A DNA stretch of 64,000 nucleotides from assembly GCA_004022145.1 (NCBI GenBank), contig RCNU01000012.1; one strand, written 5' to 3'. Each line of letters begins with the position of its first letter. Position 1 is the stretch's first letter. This document shows positions 1-12,579 of the stretch, piece by piece. Under the pieces are notes generated by a model. That model ran no database searches and was not told where the DNA came from. It saw only the letters and a list, made by a program, of their open reading frames with translations. This DNA comes from Paecilomyces variotii. Its lineage: Eukaryota. A program made the translations under genes and the position numbers.

Positions 1-2493
1 GACTTGGAGCTGGTTAGCTACCTGCCCGCCTTCCTTGGCGGACTGATCAAGTTTCTAGGTGATCCGAACAAAGACGTCCATGTTGCTACCCAAAATCTTC
101 TGGAGAGGTTCCTATCAGAGATCAAGCGCATCGCTCGTATTAAAAAGGGGATCGAAGAGAGTCGAAAGGGTCAAGAGAGCCAACACAATGCATCAGCTAC
201 AAGTGACAGCGCCAGCATAGCACCTGATCAAGACCCTGACGCCGATAAGAGTGACAATGCCATTGTAGACTCTGACTCTGAAATCGACGATCACAACACA
301 ACTACCGATGGGGATTGGATTCCAGGACAAGACGCAAACATTGAGTACCCTAAGATCCTGGAGATCCTGGTAGGATATGTCGACACGTCATTCGGTAAGT
401 TCTATCAGGATTCACGTTGTTGTTGAATCTCCGCTGATATGTATATGGATATAGATGAAGAGATGCAATTGACTGCGCTTCGCTGGATAGATAGCTTCTT
501 TGAAATCAGTCCCGAAGATATTCTGCAGTTCGTCCCGAGGCTTTTGACGCAGGTCCTCCCTGCTATGTCCAGCGGCTCAGACCAGGTGCGGCAGGCGGCG
601 AACAGGGTCAACACATCCCTCATGGAGTATATTCTCTCTCTCCCTGATGAGGCCTCCCCTGAAGGCACTGGCCGGCAAGGCCCGACCTCCAAGGCACCTC
701 CTCCAGTTGCTAAAGACGGTGGTGAGAAGAGATCGGGCACACCAAGCGGGCGACCATCTTCTGAGACAATCAGCATCGAAACAAAGGCTCAAGAATCGGG
801 ACCGGAGACGAAAACTGAAGCGACGCCGCAAATCAGTCCTGCAGAAACTCCCCTTCCCCCGTCGGATCTCGATTACGCTGCGGCTGTGAATTCGCTGACC
901 CTGCAATTCCTGAACGAGAACGAAGCCACTAGAGTCGCTGCTTTGTCATGGCTCATCATGCTACATCGGAAAGCGCCGCGAAAAGTTGTAGCCTTCAACG
1001 ATGGGACGTTTCCGGCTCTGCTCAAGACGCTGTCTGATCCTGCAGAAGCAGTGGTCACAAAGGATCTACAGCTCCTCTCTCAGATATCGAGAAACAGCGA
1101 AGACGGATACTTTACATCATTCATGGTGAATCTTCTTCAACTCTTTTCGACAGATAGGAGGCTGCTAGAGAATCGTGGAAATCTGATAATTCGCCAACTT
1201 TGCATGAACTTAAGTCCGGAGCGAATATACCGGACTTTGGCTGACTGTCTTGAAAAGGAAGAGGCATGTATCGATCTCTTTCTAGTAATCCATTTTCTAA
1301 CGATATCAGGATATCGAATTTGCCAGTATCATGGTTCAGAATCTGAACAACAACCTCATCACGGCACCTGAACTTACAGAGCTTAGGAAAAGATTGAGGA
1401 ACCTGGAGTCCAGAGTATGCTTGCTAAAGACACGTGTCTTCAGAATTGTCATACTAACCGAGACCACAGGAGGGCCAGATGTTTTTCGTTGCCTTATTCC
1501 GATCCTGGTGTCACAATGCGGTGTCGACATTCTCTCTGTGTCTTCTTGCACAAGCCTACGAACAGGCATATAATCTCCTTCAAGTCTTGTTAGTAGTTTC
1601 CGAGTGTGGATTGGATACATGCTTACTATTCTCTAGCGCGGAGCTCGAAATGACTGTCAACATACTAATCCAAATCGATAAACTGGTCCAACTGCTGGAG
1701 TCGCCAGTCTTCACCTGTGAGTACTCCTTTTTCTTTTCTTGTATGTCCATGAAAAGCAAACTAATTCGTCACAGACCTTCGCCTTCAGCTCCTGGAGCCT
1801 GAAAAGTACCCATATTTATACAAGTGTCTGTATGGAGTTCTCATGCTGCTGCCGCAAAGTTCGGCTTTCGCAGCTCTGAAGAACCGCCTGAACAGTGTGA
1901 GCAACATTGGGCTGCTCCATGCTGGACCCCGAGCGTACGTCAACCCTGCGATTAAGGCCCCATCCAGTTCTTCCCCGTCCCCCTTCAATAATCCTTTGAG
2001 AAACCATTACCGTCGGCGAAGCACGGAAGCTTACGTTGTACCTGCGGGACCCAACAGTCCTGTGAATAACGCCTATGACCGTCCCACCGGGAGTAGGTTG
2101 AAAGGCCGCGAAGAGAATGCTATTCGCTGGGTTGAACTACTAGACAAATTCAAAAATGTCCAGGAGAAAGCCAGGCGTTCCCGGATGTCACGACGACACA
2201 TTGATCATGGCGGCACCCAACTGGACTTTCAAAACCCGTCACTGGCAGCTGCACTGTCTGCGGCTGCCGCTTCAGAGCATGGCCGTGGGAACTACAAGGA
2301 AAAGACTCTTCCGGACGCCCCTCGTGGAGTAGGCAGCGGGCTGGGTATAACCGGTGACGGTCGTCGCGTAAGCTCTCCGGACAGCGCGACAGGCCATAAA
2401 GGAACGTCGACACCTGCGGCTGGCCATAAGAGCAGGTCCAGCCTTTCCAACCTGGGACGACTTGGGATTGGAGCCAGGAAGTCTAAACGCTGA
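1..2493 (+). CDS. VAC14: Vacuole morphology protein Vac14 (PI(3,5)P2/Fab1 complex scaffold), 5' end outside window, multi-exon
   Basis: HEAT-like exons 'ELVSYLPAFLGGLIKFLGDPNKDV', 'QLTALRWIDSFF', 'RGNLIIRQLCMNLSPERIYRTLA' and Fig4-binding region '[47 protein letters not shown]'. Introns at ~395-454, 1264-1309 (GC-AG), 1415-1469, ~1589-1636, ~1716-1774. Stop TGA 2491-2493. Confidence 0.93.
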
Positions 2494-3544
2494 AGGATCT
2501 GGACTCCCGCCTGTCCAACTTCCTGCCTTAGCGACCTGTTTTATTCGCATATTGATCTTTCTCCGATTCATGACGTGAAATGACTTGACGAGCTGTAATT
2601 GACCCGCCACGGAATGGTGGCAAAGCATCTCCGTTCGTTGCCTTGCCGCTTCTCTGCCAGTGTTTCGTCTTTCGCTGCCCTTCTCGGTACCCAATTTCTG
2701 GTTTTATATTCCTTTACTGTCCATGATTTATCTCCCAGAAAGTTCCCAGGCGTGCTCGACAACTTCCTGTTTCTGCCAACTTGCTGGTTTGCGGCGTTGT
2801 ACATTTGATATCCCATCCATTAGCATGTGCCAGGAGAAAATCATAGGAAACAATGTACAAATTATCGATAGCGGAAACCCACTATAGAAGAGATACCTTG
2901 CCGCCCAGCGGGACGTCCGACAACGGATTGGACCGATGTCTTATGCATATCGTCATTTAAGCCATTATCTACATAATCTTAGGGAAGACTCCGAACGCGC
3001 GCCACACGGAAGTCGAAGCTATTATCTCTACGCAGCTATCTATGTCTTTCCCATCCGAAAGGGGCAAGTATTCCCCCGCAAGATCGAGTGAGGGCGAGAT
3101 CTGTCAGCGCTAAGCAATTATTATAGTGGTGGACTTGGAGCATATCGAGAGCTTCGGCGGTCTCTTATCAATCCGTTATCGATGACTGCGGGGTATCTGA
3201 GATTATCAACCGTCTGTTAGTTAACTTGATACTGCTAGCTAGTCAAGATCTTCATCTGTCATTTCTATCCTTTAGCGTACGTGAGGAAACTGTACAACCT
3301 CGCTGTCATTGGCTTGTGATGCCGAGGATATCGAGACGGATATACTTCTGATCCTCTCATTGGTTTGTTTCTTCTTCGCATCTGTGGTATTCATTTATTC
3401 TCCGGTCCAGTGCAGTGGGAGACCCCAACGGATCAGACAAATGCTAACTAGCCATCAGAACAGTCTGCAGACGAAAATCAACAAAAGCTCACACAAGAAG
3501 TGAAAAGAAAAGAAACTAGATATTCACAGAATACAAAACACACA

Positions 3545-4858
3545 ATGACAACCGATTCGAAGGCGCGCTGCCTTCTCGTCGGCGGCGGCGGAGTGGGCAC
3601 AATGGCCGCATACAACCTCGAAGCTGGCGGTAAGGCGACAGTGACGGCAGTGCTGCGGTCGAATTTCACAGCAGTCGAACGAGATGGGTTCAATATCGAT
3701 TCGATTGATCACGGAAAGATAGAAGGCTGGAGACCGACGGAGAGTATGTACAGTACATCCTTTTCCTCTGTTTGCCTCGCGTTACCTCTCTTGTATTAAC
3801 TATAACATCTATATTCTTTACGTTGAAAAAGCTAACGCAAAAAACACCAGTTCGAACCACAATCCCCGATATCAAAACAGATAAAGACAGTAATAATAAA
3901 CCATACGACTTCATCATCGTAACGACCAAAAACACACCCGATATCCCACCATCCCTACCATCTCTTCTCGCCCCGGCCGTAACGCCAGGACACACAAGCA
4001 TCATGCTTCTCCAAAACGGGCTGAATATCGAAAAGCCCTTCTTCGCCGCTTTCCCAGATCACCCTATCCTATCAGGCGTGTCTCTCATTGGAGCAACTGA
4101 AACATCACCAGGGAAAGTCCTCCATGATGATCGAGATCGTATGATCGTCGGGGCGTTTCCTCGTGCTACCTCCTCTCCAGACCCCTCCCCGAAAGACCAC
4201 ACATCCGCCTCTCACTTCGTCGACATCTACTCCGCCTCAGGCAAAGTCGTCTGCAACCTCACCACGAACGTAGGTCTAGTCCGCTGGCGCAAACTCGTCT
4301 ACAACGCAAGCTACAACTCCATCTGCGCCATCACAGGCCTGGATACGACCCGGATGCGGTTCGCAGGCGAGCCTCTTCGTCAACTCATCCGGCCAGCGAT
4401 GTGGGAGATCATAGCGACGGCTCGAGCGGCGGGGTATCCGCTCCCGGAGGAAGAAGAGCTCGTGGAAATGATGGTGGATGTTGATCCGTGGACGTTCTTT
4501 AAGCCGAGTATGTTGCAGGATGTGGAGAAGGTGTGTATTCTATCCTATTTTATTTTGTTTTATTTTCTTGTGCATATATATATATATATACTAGCTCTAT
4601 CTTCTCCGCCGAGGACAATGTATTAACACTACTTACATACGGTATATTGAATGCTGACCGATGATATAGAATAACTTCACCGAATTCGAAAACATCGTTG
4701 GCGAACCCGTCCGCGAGGCACAGCGTCTAGGCGTCCCCACGCCAACGTTACAGGTCATATACGCCCTTTTGCAGACGATGCAGTGGAAAACGAAGGAGAG
4801 TAGAGGTCTATTTACCGTCCCGTCGGAACGGCCGGTGGGGTTTGTTCTTTCTAAATGA
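3545..4858 (+). CDS. 2-dehydropantoate 2-reductase (ketopantoate reductase, ApbA/PanE family)
   Basis: N-terminal Rossmann motif 'LLVGGGGVG', 'YDFIIVTTK', 'LLQNGLNIE', 'RWRKLVYNASYNSICA', 'KPSMLQD..K', 'EFENIVGEPVREA'. Introns ~3744-3850 and 4531-4669. Stop TGA 4856-4858. Confidence 0.88.
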
Positions 4859-5873
4859 GTATTATGTTTTGCTTAAAATAGATGGTGGTTAGGTATCGTA
4901 ACTATACAGTATTATTTATATTATGACCTTTTTATCTTGCTTTAGATGGGGATAGAAGCTAGAAATCGTATATATCTGGGACTTTGTTTTCAAGTCCGAA
5001 TAATGATGTATATTTAGTTCCTTCTATTTGTTTACCATGACACAGATCAGACTATGGTCCCTGAGTTCGAAGCCGATAGTTTATCAATAGCCTTGTCTTG
5101 TGCTATAAAAGCGGGTGTCTTATAGCCGTTTTCTTTTTCTTCCCAACCATGGGAGATCGTGAGACTTGGGTTCAATGCACGCATGGTTATTTGTTATCGC
5201 AGGTTCCTCAGGGATAATGGCGTACTCTTGATACTGCTACTGATACTGATAGTACTGCTGCTCCGCGTGAGCTTCGCAATACCAGGATCGACTTTTTATG
5301 GGGAAAGAATCTATAACATATTTCTCGTTAACCGGGACGCCCAGAGGCGCCTATTCCCTATATTTCAAAGTATGTACCAAGATAGGAGGTGATGGTGTTT
5401 GTGACGGTGCAGAGCTGGACCGCCATAGGTCAATGTGCAAAATGGAGGCATGGCACGTAGAAAGAGAAGCATGTACAGGGTAAATGGCAACGAAAGAAGG
5501 TTATGCAAAAAGAAATACACACGAAAGGGACGAAATAAGTCGAAGCAAAGTCAACCAAAAAGAACGAGAGCTCCCCTATCACGCCGAGAAAAGCACAGTA
5601 ACCCATGCAACCGGGAATGATGACAAAGTCATGCTTCCATCCAAAAAAAAAAGATCTGACTCCAAGGCTCGTATGGACTCCAGATAGCTTTTTATTTGCA
5701 ATCTTTCTTTTTTCCATCTACCGTTCTCAACCGGCCCTTGCCGGGAATCGAATAAACCAACAGTTCGCAGTCGTTAAGTTCAAATCACCGCTCGAAAGGA
5801 CGTTAAAGCGGAGAGGGGGTCGAAAATGAAATCAGGAGTGTCATTCTGTTGTCTGTACAGCACTCTGTCGTCA

Positions 5874-6270
5874 TCACCGCCATCGGGAGTCCACGCTGTT
5901 GCCCCAGCCAGGTGGTTTCCAGTGGCTGCCAGTGGAACTCTTAGAAACGGTACCTGTGGATGTCGGGGAGCCCGCGTTGTTGTAGACGTATTCACCATCG
6001 ACGTACTGTACGCCCGAGTGGAAGGTGCTCCGGTGCTTGCGGCGCGTGTACCGCTGCTCGAGACGGTAAAGCTCGATCTCTAGAGTCGAACGTCAGCAAT
6101 GTCCTACATAGCATTCATACCACGAAGTTGATGCAGGAAAAGAAGCCAAGGAGTAACAACTGCTACCCCAAGATGCTGATAAAGTGGAAGAAGATCAGTC
6201 CGCGACTGCCGTTCACAGCGCGGGCCAGAACAGGCTACTTACTTGACTGTAGCTTCTCGATGAACCCCAT
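5874..6270 (-). CDS. Small (77 aa) two-exon hypothetical protein, missed by the ORF track
   Basis: ATG 6270, exon 1 6270-6243, GTAAGT donor, GCTGAC branch, TAG acceptor, exon 2 6079-5874. Spliced product MGFIEKLQSKIELYRLEQRYTRRKHRSTFHSGVQYVDGEYVYNNAGSPTSTGTVSKSSTGSHWKPPGWGNSVDSRWR, ending in tandem TGA TGA. Confidence 0.75.
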
Positions 6271-7981
6271 TGTGTCTGTGTGGTAGTATGCAATATATAC
6301 CCAGTCTAATGCAAATCACCGCTCTGATTTTCTATGTTTCGCAGTAAAAAAAAAAGGCGTTTTCGGATGCTCGAACGATATAGCCAGGAAGGAACCCGTC
6401 GCTGACGTTGGCACACCAACTCCTGCCAGTAAGTCCGGTATCGTAGTTTATAGAAAAATCGGTACGCTCTGTACACGGGAGTAGAATTTCAAAGACAGGA
6501 TTTCCGCTCAGCAGCTCCTGTTGAATATAGAAGTAATTGATTGCGATTGCCGTCCCCTTCCGGGCCGTGGTTCGGTGAGATTCCGTGACGCTGAACTGGT
6601 AGATATCCGGATGTCTACAGTTGGATCACCGTTGCTGCGATTGTCTGGCTGTCCAATCAGTAACGGTGGCGGGGGATCGACTGTCGGAATCCGCGGAAGC
6701 GGTATGCTGTCGCTTCTGAGGATGTCAGTGGTTGATCCTCTCGCGTGGACAGCGGCTGACAAAGGCAGAGAGATGGGCAGACGTCAAGAAGAAGGTAGCA
6801 TTCTTTTTAAAGGAGAACGAGGGCTGGGGGATAATAAAGGGTCGATCTGGACGATGAGGCACGGCTGGGGGAACGTACCACAACGCCTTAAAACCCAATA
6901 ATACGACCAGGGTGCGCAAGTGCCGGACAAAACTTATTTATCGTAGGATAGAGATCGCGTGTCTTGTCTGTCGTGTTCCAATTGGGAGTCTGGAATGAAG
7001 GAATGGACCCCAGGTATGGGATTGTGATCGTTAAACGAGTGTGATAGAGAGGAATACTGGGGAAGAAAGAATGACTGCGATGGGATAACAGCGCCTCCCC
7101 GTGCCGTCTGGACAGAAGCTATCTATGCAGACCACGATCACCACTGTCGAACGCTCACAGAAAAGCACAACAGCATCCAGGGGGGCAGAAGAACGAATTC
7201 CCTAGTGTGGGGGACTGGAGAACAGTCACGCTAAAAGACGGACTTGAAGCTGCCGCCAGGAACGCTCGTGTCTGTGCGGTTTTCCGTGCTTGTTCTTGCT
7301 GGAGTTTCAGGGGGTTTTGCCCGCTAAGAAGGCCCTAAGATGCTGTGGCTACGGCTCCGGCCGCCCAGGGGCTCGTTCGCTGCGTACCCGGTACCTGGTG
7401 CTCCAATAGAAATCCCATACAAACACAAGTCGCAGTGACTTGTCGCCGTTGACTCGCCAACGCTCGTGGCGTCGTAGCCTGCGCGAACTCAATTCTCAGC
7501 CCGTTCGCGTGCTCGACGCTTGGAAGCATAACTTACTCCATCGCGGTTTCAGATGGATGAGGGGTTGTGGTCGATAAGCTACGGTGGTCTCCCAGACGGT
7601 AGACCTGCCATTCGCAAGTAGTATGTAGTGTACTCCGTAGTAACTACGTAGTAGTATGTACAGTAAGTACATGTATATCGGCGCTGACAGCTCTTTTCTT
7701 AAATACAGTGAGAATTTATAATAATGCCAGACTGCCAGGTCCTCCAAACCGTTCTGCTGCGCAGACTGTCACGAAATGGCGAGAATATAGCATAGCACAC
7801 GCAAGCGGCAGGCCTGGGATGTGCGATGCGCCAACACAAAGCTCTCTGTCCCTGTCGGTCATGTCGATTGATCGCAGTTCCGGCTACTCGGGAGCCTGGG
7901 TCCGTTCTTCCAATTCCAGCGAAGTGGTCAGAGCCCACTCGATAGCGCCGTCGGTCGAACGCCTCACGAACTTGGGATCAG

Positions 7982-10527
7982 CTACGACTTAGGTTTGGGC
8001 TCGTTATTCGAGCTCGAGCTGGTGTCCTCTTCATCCTCCAGTTCAACACTCTGTTCCAGATCCGCATCCTGTGCAAGGGAAAGTTCTTGGGCTACAGGGC
8101 GATATCAACTCGTCAGCATTAGACCCCATGGACCAAGCAATGAACAAGACGGGAGCAAGAGGACGTCTACTCACCCTGCCATAATTCCGCGTAGATACCT
8201 TCCTTATCGAGCAGCTCTCGGTGCGTACCAGTCTCAGCGACATGGCCATCTTTGAGCACCAGGATCTGATCGCTGTCGTAGATCGTCCGCAGTCGGTGCG
8301 CAATAAACACACTCGTACGAGCCTTCTCTTTCAGGATCTCATTGATATTCTGCAGGAGCGCCTGCTCCGTGTATGTGTCGAGGGCAGATGTCTAGAGGAA
8401 TCTGTCAGCAAGTCCCCTTTTTGCATGAACTCAGAAAATAGATAGGGGAACTAACCGCTTCGTCAAAGAACAGCAACGGGGGATCCTTCAAGATGAGCCG
8501 GGAGATGGCCAATCGCTGCTTCTCGCCGCCAGAGATCATCATGCCTCGCTCGCCGACTGGCGTCTTGTATTTTTCCGGCATGGTCTCGATCAGGCCGTGG
8601 ATGTGTGCCTTCTGGGCTGCCTGCCGCACTTCCTCGTCCGACGCATCCATTCGGCCATACCGGATGTTATGCTCGATCGTGTCATTGAACAGAGGCGTAT
8701 CCTGGGGCACAACGCCAATCGATTTGCGCAGACTATCCAGTGTCACGTCACGGATATCCTGGCCATCGACGAGGATGCGTCCCGACTGTGTGTCGTAGAA
8801 CCGGAATAGCAATCGTAGAATCGTCGACTTGCCGCAACCGCTTGGTCCAACAATGGCGAACTTCTGGCCTGCGGGGATCGTGAAGCTGGCATTCTTGAGG
8901 ATAGGCCTCTCGGGGTGGTAGCCGAATGTGACATTCTCAAACCTGATCTCGCCTCCCCGGGACAGGTCGAGAACCTTAGCATTCGGGCGCTCCTCAATCT
9001 TGACGTTGACCTTCTGCAGATTGAACAAGGTCTCCATGTCCAAGAGAGATTGTCTCAGTTCTCGATAGACTGAACCCAGGAAATTGAGAGGCACAGACAG
9101 CTGAAAGACAAGTTGGTTGACCATCACCAGGTCACCCACCGTCAACGTGCCCTGGGCAACTCCGTTGGCAGCCAGGTACATCATACCGGCAAGTGCGCTG
9201 GAGAAGATCATGTTCTGGCCGGAGTTCAAGAACGCCAGGGAGGTGGTGACCTTGATGGAGGCATCTTCGTAGGCTTTCAGCGCCCTGTCGTATCGAGCCA
9301 CTTCGTACTTTTCATTGTTGAAATACTTCACCGCTTCGTAGTTGATAAGAGAATCCACGGCTACTGTAGCGCCCCTGTTGTCAGCAGCATTGGCCTGCTT
9401 ACGGAACTTGGTTCGCCAGGCAGTCGTCGTGATGGTGAAAGCCGTGTATGCGACCATGGTCAGAGCTGTGATAGCAGCAAACTGCATCCCGTATTGATAT
9501 GTCTGCCTCCGTCAGTATATCCGTTTCCGAATCGAGGGCAACTCTTCATACCAGAATACCGCAAACCAAAGATATCTCAAGAGCGGTAGGAAACACATGG
9601 AACACCATCGACGTCAGCAAGAAACTGATACCCTTTGTTCCGCGATCGATCGCTCTTGTGAGACCACCAGTCTGGCGACTCAGATGGAAATTAAGATCCA
9701 ACCGCAGAAGATGGTCAAAAACGTTGCGGGCAACTTTCCGGATAGCTTGCTGGGCCACTCGGGCAAAAACCGCGTTCCGAAGCTCCTGAAAGAGTGAGGC
9801 TCCTATCCTGGTGGTACCATCTGCGAAGCAGTCAGATGAGGATCCATAAAGGGCATGATAATATAGACCATACATGCTATAATCATAGATCCCGCAACCG
9901 TGTAAGCCGTGCCGCCAACAGCCGCAAAGTCAACGTTCATCGAGTCCACTATGCTCTTGAAGTAGAAGGGGACTTCGACGTTCAGGATCTAGGCACTTGA
10001 TGAGCAGGTTGTCGTAGAATGGTCTCCTCGAATGAGCTCACCTTGCCCCCAACCAACAATGATAGGGCCGTTCCAACACGTAATTTGGTTCCCCAGTCAT
10101 CCTGAACAGCCGTTAGTATATAGAGACCACCGTGAAAGAGAGAAATGGTGCCCACCTTCGGCCAGAGGTATTTTACCATCTCTTTCATAATCGCCCAATC
10201 TGCTTTCCTCTGCTCCTTGTTTCCAACAGTCTTCTCGCTTAATAAACCTCCATTGGCAGAGTCCTTTGTATCTGTGGTCTGCTGCTTCTTCCTCGCCTCC
10301 TCTTTCAGCTGCTTGGAAGCCGCCGGAGTGACCACGTCCACCGGCTTGCGCGGAGACGGGGTCTCCCCGGTTGTCTGCTTCCTCAATTGGTTTCCATTTG
10401 TCGTGAATATCCGTAGCTGATTTCCGGTGCAGAGGCGTGTTGGCGACGGAAGTATGATCGTAGAGCGGGGATCGGCCAGTCGCCGCGGCGCCCGCAAAAA
10501 GGGCGACTGCGCCGCTCTGAGCAGCAT
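7982..10527 (-). CDS. ATM1: Mitochondrial ABC half-transporter Atm1 (Fe-S cluster precursor export)
   Basis: Arg-rich presequence '[16 protein letters not shown]'; '[14 protein letters not shown]', '[25 protein letters not shown]'; Walker A 'GPSGCGKST', signature 'ISGGEKQR', Walker B 'LFFDEATSALD'. Multiple GT-AG introns. Stop TAG 7984-7982. Confidence 0.96.
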
Positions 10528-11018
10528 GGCACCCTGTAAGATGTTCTTTCGAGTTCTCTGTATTCTTCTCTCAATGATCGGTATCAGGGGGGCTCATGTC
10601 GAGAGGCCTCTCGTGTCTGTCAGAAAATCGCCCGCTTTGCGGCGCTCCGGGTTCGGAGGAATGGGATATCGCGCACAGCGTATGGTACTGGATGTCTCCG
10701 GTCAGTCTCTGTCTGCACAACGCCAGCAGCCAGGAAGAGGGAACGTACGGTATCCTCCGCCTCTCGTCCCCAGTGCGAAACAGGCACAATTGGATTATTT
10801 GAGGACCAGCAGAGGAGATCGCAAAAGGTACTCACGCTGTCGTGATCGATCCCCACCTGCAGCTTGTTTGCGCCGTTTGTCTGCTGCCGAGCTGCTCCGC
10901 GGAAAGCAACTGGAACTAATTGTTTTAGTGTTGATCGAGCGAACATCGACTGACGTAAAGGCATATCTTTCTTGCCTTTCCTTCTCACTCTCCTGCTGCT
11001 TCCCATGAACTCAACGCC

Positions 11019-12579
11019 ATGAGTCAGGCTCTAGGGAGAGGCTTCCGGGGGCTGTCCGGGGTCCCCGTCTTCTCACGAGCGCGACAGGGCGTCGTCGTGC
11101 ACCGCGGACAATCCTCGAGATATGTCCAAATTCGCGCCGCGCCTTCAGGACAGCCAGGCACAATAAACGGGGCTCATCTCCCCGTTTCTGGAGTCTCTAC
11201 GACAGCCGAATCCCCTGGTGCGTGTCGCGCGGATCAATGGAGTGGTTCAGATGCTAACGGTACGGGACAACAGATGCGCGATTCGATGTCGTTGGCGCGC
11301 CATACTCGCTGCTCTCAGTTTCGCTTTCCGCTTCGCAGAATCTTTACACACGGCGTGGAACTTTGGTTGGTTTGAGTGGAAAGGCGGAGAACGTATGTGG
11401 TACCTTTTTTTTTTGCAGGGGATGCATCGATTGATCATATTAGGTGGTTTCTACTCTCAGCATCCTTGAGCCCTTCCGAAGAGCGGTTGTTGGGATTCCT
11501 TTTCTATACCAGAAGGTTAGTACCTGGATATATGCCTGGATGGGAGAGTGAGTTAACCCGTGCGCAGGTCTCTTCTACGAGTCCGGTCACTGCGCTCATT
11601 TCCGTCAGATCGCCCGTCACCTCGTTTGCTGTTGTTCAGCTCAATGGGACCGTGGACTGGATGGTCGCTCAGAGACGGGCCCTTCTCGCCTGGACGGGCC
11701 ATAATCTCCTCATTCGTCCCACTGTGAACACCAACTTGGTTAGTCGACTTCTATACTTCGTCAATGGCGACCTGTGCTGACTTGTTGCGAAGAGCGTCAC
11801 TCACTGGGGAAGCTCCGAGGTGACTGGAAGAGGTCTTCTGGCGCTGGTGGGTAACGGACAGATATACTCTGTTGAATTGAAGCCCGGTGAGCAGTACATT
11901 GCTCATCCTAGGTATGTGCCTGCTTTGCATTGTATCTTCCGGTGCGGATTCTAAGTAGAAAACAGCAATGTCATCGCATACACCATGACTTCCCACCCAC
12001 CACTCCCATACCGCTTCAAATCCACGACTCTCAAGCTCCAGATCCCCGGTCTCAGCCATGTGCCCAGACTCTTCCGCAGATCAAAGTTCATCAACGACAT
12101 GGCTCACTCGGATACGTGGAAGACAACGATGAAGATCTACCACAATCTGCGGACCTGGGCCCGGAGGACGATTTGGGGCGACAGGGTATGTCTTTTGCTG
12201 CCGTCTTGTCTTTTCGCGTGGCTAACTTCGCATCCAGCTTTTCCTTCAATTCGAGGGCCCTACCACCATCCTTGTCCAGTCACGCGGCCCCCGCGTCAGT
12301 GACGTCCTGACAACTCGTGAAGTCAACGAGATCGCAGACTCGCCAGCTGGTGCGACCCACGATGCCGTTAAGCTCCTCGAGCAGAAGCAGCAGCCGACGA
12401 GCAAGAACGAGCCCAAAAGCGAGGCCGAGAAAGCTGTCGACGGAGGTGCATCAGATCCAGAAGTCCCAAAGCGCTCTGCTGAGCAGCTGGTACAGGAGGT
12501 GGAAGGAACCAGACAGAGCTTCGCGAGGGTCACTCGTGATGGGAAGGTCGAGTTCCAGAAGCCGGGTGGAGGCAACTAG
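11019..12579 (+). CDS. AIM24: Mitochondrial biogenesis protein Aim24 family, multi-exon
   Basis: Mitochondrial presequence-like N-terminus. Spliced segments '[30 protein letters not shown]', '[15 protein letters not shown]', '[22 protein letters not shown]', 'YIAHPSNVIAY', '[16 protein letters not shown]'. Six introns. Stop TAG 12577-12579. Confidence 0.82.

Noticed and set aside
5826..6083. 85-aa plus-strand ORF
   Set aside because: Antisense shadow of the spliced minus-strand microprotein.
10427..11008. 193-aa ORF across the ATM1/AIM24 promoter
   Set aside because: Overlaps the ATM1 start antisense; Arg-rich random-looking composition; no recognisable motif.
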